Shown here piece by piece: positions 1 through 11,200 of a stretch of 64,000 nt of DNA. The notes under the pieces are model-generated. The model was not told the origin of the DNA and searched no databases. It saw nothing but the letters and a program-made list of their open reading frames with translations. Source of the DNA: Geosiphon pyriformis uo1 (taxonomy: Eukaryota > Fungi > Glomeromycota); assembly GCA_016748015.1 (NCBI GenBank), contig JAAOMT010000239.1, forward strand, positions 468,356 through 532,355, given 5' to 3'. The translations under genes were made by a program, and so were the position numbers. Each line of letters starts with the position of its first letter. Position 1 is the stretch's first letter.

Positions 1-1090
1 CAAATTAAAATTCCATTTATGTATCAGCATAAATTTAAAGATAATATTAGAAATTTTGACAACAATAATAGTTCAATTAATTTCTAAATCTAGTTTAGCA
101 AAAAAAATTTAACATCAGAAAAAAAATATTTAATACAGAATATATAAGAAATATTATTGTAATATTACAAAATAAGTTGAAAAAAGCATATATAATAAAA
201 CTAAATAAAAAAATAACACAGACAATATTTCTGTTTTTTGTAAAAATAGCTCAGTTAATATTAGTAAAAACAAAAAAAAAATTGGGAATAACAGCAAAAA
301 AAATAAATAGATTTGAATTTACAGATAAAATAAAGATATTAGTAAATATAATAAAAAAAAATTAATTAATTAGGGAGAAATTATCTCTATCTATTAATTA
401 CTTTCTATTCTACTATATAATCAGTATATATTAGTTATTAAGAAGAAAGTAAAAAACCAACTTCAGATTTTTGAAGTAGATTTTACTATTTGTAAATTAG
501 AAAAAATTGTCATTACTAATCTTTACATATTAGCCAAAAACCATAAACACATTAAAATTTTAATATACAACACAACCAAAAATTTAATAAAAATATTAAG
601 CAGAACTATTATTAGATACTTAAATATTAAAATTAAAGATCAAATACCAATTATTATTTCAGATTTTTTACAACTTTGTAAATATGTAGATATTATATCA
701 CAAACTATCTATAAATAAAAAAAATGATATTTATTATATCCAAAACAATTAGAACAAATGAATTTAGAAAACTTATATCTATTTTAACATATGTAAATCA
801 AGCTGCTACTCAAAAATTTTACTATTTTTACAAGTGAAAATAAAATTGACAAAACTAATATTATTTAGCACCAGATCAAAACTAAAAATGTAATACCAAT
901 TAAACAAAGAACATATTAAATATTATTTGCTAGTCATAAAATTATTCATTAAGAAATTAACTGTATATTAAACAAATAATTAATTCAATTATTAATAAGT
1001 CTATAGTTATTATTAATAGTACTTATTTGGAAAAAAAATAGAAAGATTTACTTTTGTGTAAATTATAAAAAACTCAAAAGTATTACTTAT
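1..1090 (+). pseudogene. Heavily A/T-decayed relic of the Ty3/gypsy pol (dUTPase to start of RT)
   Basis: Colinear with element A ~20748-21840. Example: 'aaattaaaattccatttatgtatcagcataaatttaaagataatattagaaatt' vs 'aaattagaaccgcatttatgcatctgcattgatctgaaaatagcactagaaatt'. Most differences are G>A or C>T. Confidence 0.85.
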
Positions 1091-1910
1091 TGTTATAAGT
1101 AATTATTTAGAATATTGAAACAAATAACAAATTTGTAATTTGGTGTTTAATAGCTGTTAATAATAATAATTTTTGAAGATTTTGTAGTTTAAAAGGTTTT
1201 AGTTGAGTTTTTTATATAATAGACAGAGATTTAATTAATAGTTTTTCCCAATTTCTGTCTTTAGTATAATAACCAGTTTATTTTAATAGTCATGTTTTTT
1301 TGGTAAACTATCTTTAAGTTTTTCTATTTTTGTTTTATGGGTTTTTTATCAGGTTATCTTTGATGTTAATTATTTAGTACTTAATTTTTTTATCAATTAA
1401 TAAACAATAAAAAAATAAAAAAAATAAAAAAATAAAAAAAAATTAGTATCTTGTTAATAATCATGATTAAGAACTATTGGTCTAATGTGATTAGTATTAG
1501 ATTCTATTAACATGAATTGTTAATAGTACAAAATTGATTAATATTTCTTAATTAAACAATAATAACATAAATTTACATAATAAAAGATATTTTTATTGAT
1601 ATAAGTATAATTTTACTTTAAGTTATAGAAAACTATCTTTTAAAAAGAGAAATATTAAATAATTACTTGTCTTTAACTACTGTTTTTTCTAACTGGTTTG
1701 AATTTTTTTTTTGCTTTTAACATTTTTATTATATATATATAATTTATGTTATATAAAATTTCTTAAAATTCTGCAATTTCTTGAAAAAAATTCTGAAATT
1801 CTGGAATTTTGCAATTTCTTCAAAAAAATTCCAGATTTTTTTTTTACTATGCCTATTTCTAATTGGTTATTTTATCTACTTATTATAATTTTTAATTTTT
1901 ATGAATAATA
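1091..1910 (-). mobile_element. Decayed LTR of the same or a related gypsy family, antisense, interrupting the RT relic
   Basis: Starts 'tgttataagtaattattt' (cf. 'tgttacaggtgattattt' at 16676), contains the decayed GGAATTCC repeat block (~1750-1840) and ends 'tatgaataata' (cf. 'tataagtaaca' at 17582). Confidence 0.75.
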
Positions 1911-1949
1911 ATATAGCAATCTTTTAAACAAAATCAATTATTAATAAGA

Positions 1950-3490
1950 AAAAACATTTAAATCCAAACCAATATTTTTTATTTTGGCCAACAAATTCAA
2001 AACCAAATTTAACAAATTGTTTATTTTATTTTTTAACTTAAAAATAACCAATAAATCAAAAAATACTGTTTTTATAACAGTCTTATTACTAGTAACTACA
2101 CTCAAATTCTTATTTATTACTATAATTATTTCTTAATTTTATAATAAAGAAATTACTAATAACTAACATTCAAGATTAAGTTAAGAAATCATTGATCCAA
2201 ATGTGTTCAACTTTTTAGCCAGCTTATTAACTTGCTTTGTAAGACTAATAAAACTGTGCTTAAAAACAACAAATGTATTATTTATATTTATAGTAATCAA
2301 TAAGAAAAAGTTTATTTCTGAGAAAAAACCAATTTTTAAAGAACTATTTCACACAAAAAAAAAACAAAACAAAAAATTACCAATAATTTAAGCCCAAATT
2401 TTATCACCAAAAAAAACTAGATAAACAATTGTTGTTTGTTTTTTATATATATATTGGTTAATTACATCTTATTCTAAAAAAAAACTGGCTTTTTACTATA
2501 ATTATTCAAATTTTTACTATTAAAATACACACCAAAAACATGATTAAATTATTTATACTAAGTACAAACAGTTAATAACAAGCTAGCCCAGCACAAATTT
2601 ACATCTTTAAAAACTGAAATAAAATTAATAATAGTTTTTTTTAATACTTTATTAACAAAACAAATAATTATACACTTATTATACTTATATGTACTTAAAT
2701 TATAACCAATAAAACAAGTTTTTCTATTATATAATGTCAATATTTTAGATAAATTATTAGCAATAGTAATAATTAGTAAGATATATAATAAAGCTTAATA
2801 TAAATTTTTAGATATTTATGTTTTTTTTTTAATAGTCTTAATTATATATACAAAGTTTTTTTTATAAACACCAATCATTTAGCTATAACCAAATTAACAA
2901 TATTAACAAATTCAAACTCAATTAAAACTTTTTGCCAAAGACCAATAAGTTGCATTTTAATAAACATAATTCTATTAAACTTAGAAAACATTAATTCTAT
3001 AGCTAATTTTGAAAGATCAATCAGAATTTTTTAACTATTATTTCCCAATTTGTACAACTATTTAATTTTTTAATATTATTATTGACCAGAATTTTTTATA
3101 TCTTTAGTCTTATTTAAACTTAATTTTGATGTAAAAATTAACCTAATTAATATGTAAAATTTTTTTTTTATAGTTATTAACTTATTACCAAAAGTTTTTT
3201 TAAACATAGTAAAAAGTTTAATATTTAATATAAAAAATTTTACTGCTTTAAAATTTCTAATTTTTTTGTTTTACAACTTTACTAAATTTAGAAGTTGAAA
3301 GCATCAATACATCATTATTATTACTTATTTTATTAAATAAAAGTTTATTTGATAGTTGATCCAATACATATGTTTTAGTGTATATTATTCTTAGAATAAT
3401 ATTATCTAATATGTTATTAATTTCTGAAATATTTAAATTAACATAGTTTGTTTTTTTTATAATTATGTTTTTCATATTTTTATATATTAA
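1950..3490 (-). pseudogene. Decayed LINE ORF1 relic
   Basis: The reverse complement of ~2200-2260 ('agttttattagtcttacaaagcaagttaataagctggctaaaaagttgaac') aligns to LINE ORF1 ~27465-27520 ('ggtttcatcagccttacaaaacaaattggtgagttggctaaaaggttggat'). Boundaries are approximate. Confidence 0.65.
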
Positions 3491-3694
3491 TATTTTATTA
3501 ATATTAGTTTTTTTACTATTATTACTGGAGGTTTTTGGTCTTTTCTTAGCTCTTGTATATTTGTTGTAATGCTGTTAATTTACGATTATGGGAAGTGTTT
3601 GAACCTCCAATAACTGAATTTATTTTTAAATTATCTCCTATAATTTGAACTGCTGGGCTTATAAGTAGAATGGCTAATTCCATGCCAGTTGCTT

Positions 3695-3825
3695 TGTGTA
3701 GTTACATTGTTGTAAACGTCAACTTTTTTCCAGGAATTGCTTGTCTGGAAGCTTACTAAAATGTGTAGTTACTTTGCTGTGAAAGTCAACTTTTCTACAG
3801 GAATCTCATCTGTAGACTACTCTAA
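3695..3825. repeat. Two tandem ~67-nt units, each with two hairpins showing compensatory changes
   Basis: Unit 1 is TGTGTAGTTACATT..AACGTCAACT..TTCCAG..CTGGAA. Unit 2 is TGTGTAGTTACTTT..AAAGTCAACT..TCTACAG..CTGTAGA. Confidence 0.7.
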
Positions 3826-4190
3826 TGATTATAATGAAAAATAAAAGAAAGAAAATAAAAAAAATGTAAAAGAAATAGAATTCTGTCAAGGAAAACGTTT
3901 TCTATCCAGGCCTGGAGTCACTAACAGTTTACTGAAATTGGTAGCTAATCAATTTCAAAATGTTAGTTGGGTTTTGAGGATTTTCCAAGTGCAATAATTA
4001 AAAAATTTGGTTTTTTGAATTATTTGATATTTATTTCTTTTTGTGTGTATAGGAATGGTTCTAAGAGATAAATCTAAAGTAAGATACATTTTCTCAAAAA
4101 AAGAAGCTCTTCTTTTATACAACTTGTTGTAACACTATTTTATGAACTTGAACTTTGTTCTTTTCTACAATTTCACTGAATTAAAGATAC

Positions 4191-4290
4191 ATTTTGGCAA
4201 ACTACAAGTTATTTTTGTGAACTATTAGATATTTTGGTGAACTATCAATTATTTCGGTGAATTTCTACAAATTTTGGCAAACTTTTGAAT
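4191..4290. repeat. Five degenerate ~20-nt tandem units (ATTTTGGYRAACTA-like)
   Basis: attttggcaaactac / atttttgtgaactat / attttggtggaactat / atttcggtgaatttc / attttggcaaacttt. Confidence 0.65.
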
Positions 4291-5482
4291 GTTATATATT
4301 TCGGGGTATTGCATGATTGATCATCGCACTTAGGTTACATTTGTGTTATGTACAAATTGGGTTATTAATTAAATGATAATTTCAGATATTTTGCTAATGT
4401 AATAAGTGATAATTTGAAATGATAATATATGCTAATTAATGATAAGATTTATAAGGATAATTTTATGTTAAACAATATCTCTACTTTCATCTGATAACAC
4501 TATCTACTTTGCTGTTTCAAGATTTTGTAATCATTGATGTTAGTTTGCAAATTGTTACCAAAAAAAATACTAGCTAATAAGTTTACTATGTTATAAGTAA
4601 CTTCAAACTTCTTTGGTTTTTTGTATAAAACATTATAAAAGTAAACATTTTTAATACACTTCTTTTTAATGTTAAAACAGATTCCCAAATCAGTTGAACC
4701 AAAACTAAAACCATTAGCAGAAAAGTTTATCAGTTTTATTACAATAAAAAAAATATGTTAAAAGAAATAACTAAAAGAAAAAAAAAGTAAGAAAGCTATT
4801 TTTTTAACAATTCTATGCTTTTATTATAATCAGAAAATCAATAAAAAAAAGAAATTTTTTTTTGGTTTAATATACAATTAATATTTTAAATTAAGTTATT
4901 TAAATTTAATTATTTAAATTATTAATTTTTAAAAAAATAATATATTGATTAAACTTAAAATAAATTAATTAAACATTCAAGTAATATTATTTTAATTTAT
5001 GTTTACTATTTTATAACTTTTTAAAAAAATATTTTATCTTTATTTTTTAATATTTAAAAATCATATTTTTTAATAATTAATTAAAAAATTTAATCTAATT
5101 TTTATAAAATAGTTTAATTGTTTTTTAGTAATTTATTTTATTTTTTGTATTTTTCCTAAGAATTAATTATTATTTTTTAAATAAATTTTAATTTATTATT
5201 TTACAAGCAAGACCTAAATATAATTTTAATTTGGTTTTTATTTAAAATAAATGATAATAACTTTATAATATTTTTTGTTTTATAAATATTTTTTATAATT
5301 TTTTTTTATGTATATTATACAATAAATTTATAAAACTAATACAAAAATTATATTATTAATATTATTATTAATATTTAATAATAATACTTAAAACAAATAA
5401 ACTTCTTTCTCTCCTTTATCTAAAATTCCCAAAAAAGAGTCAAAAGTTTTTTCAAAAGAAGTTTTTTTACCATTCAGTATGA

Positions 5483-6368
5483 TATTACTCATAAAAATAT
5501 AGAAAATATATTAGCATAATTATTAGCCAATCAGAAGTAAGCATAGTAAATGTGGAATTCCAGGATTTCTTTCAGGAATTGTAGGATTCCAGGAATTTCA
5601 GAATTTCCAATGAGGAATTGCAGGATTCCAAAATTCCAGGATTTCTCTCAAAGAAATCGCAGAATTCCAGGAATTCCAGGATTCCTATCATGAAGAATCG
5701 AGGAATTGAGGAATCCCAATTATGTATATATAGCAGTAGTGTTAAAAACAAAAAAAAACAGAATCAATACCACAGAATCCTTAGCCTAGAAACGCAATCA
5801 TTAAATAAATAATTATTTTATATCTTCATCCACTTTTCCACTATCAACCCTTCATGTTGATAGTAATTGATATTTGACCATGCTGGAACAATAGCTCTTG
5901 ATCATGGCTATTAATGAGATACTAATCTGCAAATTGCTTTGGCTTATTTCTTTGCTTTCTTTATTTCCTTTTATTTTTTTTTTCTTTATTTTATTTTGAT
6001 TTGTTGTTATATACTAATTGATAAATGATTAAGCGCTGAGTTATTGACATCAAGGATAGCCTGGTAAAAGACCCAAAAATACGGGTAGAATTTTTATATA
6101 TTATCAGATAGCTTACTAGAAGGGCACGACTGCCAGACTAAATCCGGCCACCACGCTGAGAAAAAAATTGGGAAAACTCTTGGAAAATATCTCTACTATT
6201 GACACTATTAAATCTCTGTCCATTATACAAAAAACTCAACCAAAACCTTCAGATCCATCAAAACCTTCAAATACAGCACCTGCAGAACAGCCTCAACAGA
6301 AGTAGCTTTTGAGCACCAAGTTACAAGTTTGTTATTTAATTCAACAGCAGAAATAATTACCTGTAATA
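5483..6368 (+). repeat. 5' LTR of copy A (886 bp)
   Basis: Direct repeat of 25049-25934, with ends decayed to TATTAC..GTAATA and followed by the PBS. Confidence 0.95.
5520..5735 (+). promoter_or_regulatory. LTR U3 promoter: CCAAT box, array of GGA(A)TTCCA/TTCCAGGAA units, TATA box
   Basis: 'agccaatcag' at ~5525, about 15 imperfect 8-9 nt units at 5553-5720, and 'tatatatag' at ~5725. The same layout occurs in all four LTRs. Confidence 0.6.
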
Positions 6369-6370
6369 TT

Positions 6371-6387
6371 TGGTGCTCCCTGTAAAA
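6371..6387 (+). other. Primer-binding site of copy A (probably elongator tRNA-Met)
   Basis: TGGTGCTCCCTGT.. lies 2 nt after the LTR. Copy B reads TGGTGCTCTCTGTGAGG, resembling the complement of eukaryotic elongator tRNA-Met 3' ends. Confidence 0.7.
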
Positions 6388-6430
6388 TATAATCCTACAG
6401 AGAACCAGCACTGACAACACTAAACCAAAA

Positions 6431-7329
6431 GTGGCAGAATCAGAAAACATAAGAGCAAACCATTTAGGATTCACAAAATCCTTATTTCAACACTATTGTC
6501 AATACTTAAGATTAAACCACAATCATATATCCGCTGAATCAGCCTTCAATTTCTACGTCAACAAAAAAATTTCCTCTTTATTAGGAACACCAGTGAATAC
6601 TGAATCAGCAAGAGAAACTTTCTATAAAGAATTAATTCAAAACACCAACCTACCAACAAATCATAATTTTGCATCCATCATCACTAAGATCAACAAAGAA
6701 ATTGAACACCACACTCAACAAAGATATCCAATTACATACGCTAGTAAAAACAAGGGAAAATTACAAACACCAGTAGTAACACCCAGAAAATTACAGCCAC
6801 CTGCTTGGAAGAAAAACAGAGTTGAATCTCCAAGCAACCCATCCTACTACTATACACCTAGAAGCACCATCAACATATTATCAACCGATGCATTCTCATC
6901 AACTGCGACATCAGTATTTGAACAATTCCCATTCCAAAGTAGACAAAAGAAAACAGAATTGTTAAGACCATATGGTGAATACTTTGAGGGATTTAATTCG
7001 CAATCATCAACCCCATCAGGACTTCGATTACCACCACCTCCACCAGATTTTGGAATCTCTGATCTGTGGGAAGCAGCAGAATCAAAAAAGAAAGAAGAAG
7101 AATCAGAGGATCAAGAATTCACTTACCAGCACCTGATCACTGAAAACCCGGAAGTTGAAACCCCAAACCTTCAAACTCAGCAACAGTTAGAAAATCTGGA
7201 AATCAAAACTCCGAATATTTGAACGCCACCAAATCAAAGAAATCAAAAACCCAAATTAATTAATCAGCAAAACTTATCTCTAGTAATTGTCATCAATCAA
7301 CTGCCGATTAATCCCATAGCTGAACCTAT
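6431..7329 (+). pseudogene. 5' part of gag-pol of copy A (N-terminal extension), cut by insertion of copy B
   Basis: 263-aa ORF AESENI..; homologous to copy B 16613-15716. The frame resumes at 17583. Confidence 0.85.
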
Positions 7330-8251
7330 TGTTACAGATGATTATTTCTGCTGTTGAATTAAATAACAAACCCGTAACTTGGTGCTCAAAAGCTACTTCC
7401 GTTAAGACTGTTCTGAAGGTGCTGTATCTGAAGGTTTTGATGGATTTGAAGGTTTTGGTTGATCTGAAGGTTTTGGTTAATCTGAAGGTTTTGGTTGAGT
7501 CCTTTGTATAATGGACAGAGATTCAATAGTGTCAATAGTAGAGATATTTTCTAAGAGTTTTCCCAATTTCTTTCTTAGTGTGGTGGCTGGATTTAGTCTG
7601 GCAGTCATGCCCTTCTGGTAAGCTATTCGATAATATATAAAAATCCTACCTGTATTTCTGGGTCTTTTACCAGACTATCCTTGATGTCAATAACTCAGTA
7701 CTTAATCATTTATCAATTAGTATATAACAACAAATCAAAATAAAATAAAGAAAAAAAAAAATAAAAGAAAATAAAGAAAGCAAAGAAATAAGCCAAGGCA
7801 ATTTGCAGATTAGTATCCTGTCAATAGCCGTGATCAAGAGCTATTGTTCTAGCGTGGTCAAGTATCAATTACTATTAACATGAAGGGTTAATAGTGGGGA
7901 AGCAGATAGAGATATAAAATAATTATTTATTTGATGATTGTGTTTCTAGGCTAAGGATTTTGTGGTATCAATTCTGTCTTTTCTGTTTCTAATATTACTG
8001 CTATATATACATAATTGGGATTCCTCAATTCCTTGATTCTTCACAATAAGAATCCTAGAATTCTTGGAATCCTGCGATTTCTTTGAGAGGAATTCTGGAA
8101 TTCTGGAATCCTGCAATTCCTTATTGAGAAATTTAAAATTCCTGGAATCCTGCAATTCCTGAGAGGAATCCTGAAATTCCACATTTACTACGCTTACTTC
8201 TGATTGGCTAATAATTATGCTAATATATTTTCTATATTTCTATAAGTAACA
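7330..8251 (-). repeat. 3' LTR of copy B (922 bp)
   Basis: Reverse complement of the A LTR plus two extra 18-nt units; adjacent to the PPT. Confidence 0.95.
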
Positions 8252-8264
8252 TTATTTCCTCCTT

Positions 8265-11200
8265 TTAATATTAAGCTCCGTCAAAATCTAACTCATGAAA
8301 TTCCCTCTCTTGAAGTATTTCCTGGATTTTGTTTTCAAGAATTACTTGTGTTATTTGGGTCTGTAATTCTTCAAATTGAGCATTGGTGATTTTTCTCAAT
8401 TGATTACTGGTAACCCTATTCATTGCTTTATTGAGCAATATTTCTGGTTTATCTTGAAATACTGTGTGTATTCGATATATGGCTCGGGCTTGTGTGGATA
8501 AGTTGTTTTTTCCCACAAAATGTTCTAATTGTTGTAGTATTTTTTTGTTGAATAATCGTTTTGTTTTATCTGTATATAGATTCTGGATATTTACGTATTG
8601 TCCCAAGTAAAAATAACAATAGTTTCGTGGAAATTGTTGTATCCACTAATTCCAAGTTTCTTTAGTCAACTCTTGATATAGTGACTTCTTTGTCAATTCT
8701 TTTATTGCTAATTTTACTTTTGCCATGATTTTGTCCACAGTATTTTCAGTTTTTTTCTGTGTTCTGAATTGAAATGTCTTTCTAGTATCTTGATATCGAA
8801 TGGTTTGTTGATTGATTGTAATCTCCATTTCCTGGTGTTGGATTAATTGAAAGAGTTGTTGTGCTAGTGAGTGAATGTTGTCTGTAATTTTCATTTTTCT
8901 GATATTTCCTGTCACGTTTACCATATCTTTATATATTCTTTTGATGGATCAATTTAACGTGTTGTTGTTGATAATAATGATTGGTTCCCAATCTCGTGGA
9001 ATCTCATCTAGTTGGACTAGTATTCTCTGTACTCCTAATTGTAGAATATTACTGGTAGATAGTAGTGTAATGTTGTGATATAGTTTCAGTCAATTTCTAT
9101 GTGCTGCTTTGGTTAAAATTTTGTTATTCAATCTTAATTTGTAAGCTCCATTTTCTAGAATTTCTTCTATGTGAAATGGTCTGTCCCATTTGGGGTCAAA
9201 TTTTCCACTCCATTGTTTTTCCGCTTTGGTATGATGTAGTAATACTTTGTCTCCAATCTTGAATTCAGCTGGTTTGTCTGGTAGTTAATTATCATGTCTT
9301 TTTTTTTGTGTTTCTTGTGACTTTTGAATATTATCAGCTGCTCTTCTTCATTTGTTTTCCAATGTTTCCATTAAGTCATATGTTCTTTTCAGCAATGTTT
9401 CTTAAAAATTTTTCTCTGTTATTGGTTCAGCTGGATATGTATTAATTTCTCTCTCTACTGGTAACATTGCTATTTTCTTATATACTAATTTGAATGGTGT
9501 TGCTTGTGTAGTATCTTGCTTTGTTGTCCAATAAGCAAATAGTACTAATGGTATGAACAAATCCCAATCATTCTGGTTTTCTTGGCTGAGCTTGGCTATT
9601 GCTTCACACAATGTTTTGTTGAATTTTTCTACTAATCCATTGGTTTGTAGATGGTATGGTGATAATAATAGTCTCTTGATTCTGAATCTTTGGCTCAATT
9701 CTGTTAATGTTTTGTTCACAAAATGAGTTCCTTGGTCTGATAATAATTCTTTTGAACATCCATGTCAACAAATCAAATCCTGATGAATAAATTTGGCAAT
9801 GGATTCTGCATCTGCTCTTTGAATTGCTTTCGCCTCTGGCTATTTAGTGAGATAGTCCATAGCTACTGCTATGTATCTGTTTTCTCTGCTGGTAATTGTT
9901 AATGGTCCTACTAAATCAATCCCCATATGGTCAAATGGTTGTCCCACTTTGATTGGTCTTAATGGTTTACTGGGTCTTGTTCCTCCTCTTTGCTGACAAG
10001 CATCACAATTTTGAACATATTGAATGATGTCTGGGTATATTGATGGCCAATAGTATCTTTTTCTAGTTCTCTTCATGGTTGCTTCTTTGTGAAAATGTTC
10101 TGCTGTTGGATTTGAGTGCATGTTAAATAATATTGTCTCTTTTTCTGGCTCTGTAATTACTCTGATTGGTTGATCTGGATCCCTTCTATTTTTCCGATAA
10201 AGTATATTTTGGTGAGTAATAAAATATTTTGATTGTTGTTTGATACTTCTTCATTCCGTATGAGATAAATTCTCCTTGAACTGTTGAGTGTTTAGATAAT
10301 GTTACAATTGTTGATATTTTTGTATGTTTATCTTTTTGTTGTATTTTTCGTTGATATTGTTCTGGTTTTATTATATTTTTGGGTTGAAATGTTTTTAGAT
10401 TTGTCTTATTCGCAATAAACTGTCAGCATTTCTATTGTCTTTTCCCTTTTTGTAATGTATAGTATAATTGTATGGTGTGAGTGCCATTTTTCATCTTGAC
10501 TGTCTTCCATCTCCAAATTTTTGTTTTTGGAGTGATGTTAATCCCTTGTGATTTGTGTATACTTCAAACTTCTGGCTCAAGTATTTTTTCCATTTCATGA
10601 CAGCCCAGTATATTGCTAAGTGTTCTTGTTCCGGTGTTCCATAGTTCTTTTCAGCTGGTGTTAAACCTCTGCTGGCATATGCTACTGGATGTTCTCTGCC
10701 ATCTGGTTCTTTTTGAGATAATACTGCTCTCAATGCTTGGTCAGATGCATCAGTGGTGATGATGAATGGTTTGCTGTAATCTGATAGATCAGAACTGGAG
10801 CTTGGATGAGCTTTTTCCTCAGAATATCAAAAGCTTCTTGTTAACTTTTTGTCCATTCATATTTTGCATTTTTGTTTTGCAATTGATTGAGTGGCTGTGC
10901 TATCTTGGAAAAGTTCTTGATAAAACGACAATAGTAACTGGTGAATCCCAAGAATGATTTCAGTTCTGTTATATTGGTCAGCACTGGAAAGTTCTTTACT
11001 ATCTCTATTTTCTCTGGATCCGTTTTGATACTGTTTTTGCTGACTATGTGTCCCAAAAATTTGAGTTCTGTCTTGCCAAAGAAGCACTTTGTTGCATTTA
11101 ACTTTAGTCCTGCTCTTCTTAGTCTTTTGAACACTTGTTGAAGATAATAAAGATGATCATCAAACGTCTTTGAAAATACATTGGTGTTGTCCAAGTATAC

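Noticed and set aside
177-4688. Short K/I/N/F-rich ORFs in the ORF track (also 45633-46122, 53854-54150, 56616-56810)
   Set aside because: These are translations of A/T-decayed transposon ghosts, not genes.
5553-5720. CRISPR-like appearance of short palindromic repeats (also 4191-4290)
   Set aside because: No unique spacers, no constant repeat and no cas genes; eukaryotic context, and the first array is part of an LTR.
6223-6474. Antisense ORFs recurring in the LTRs (LKVLMDLKVLV..; also 7329, 16570) and antisense ORFs within LINEs
   Set aside because: These are shadow frames of repeats and of codon-biased sense ORFs, with no independent coding signal.
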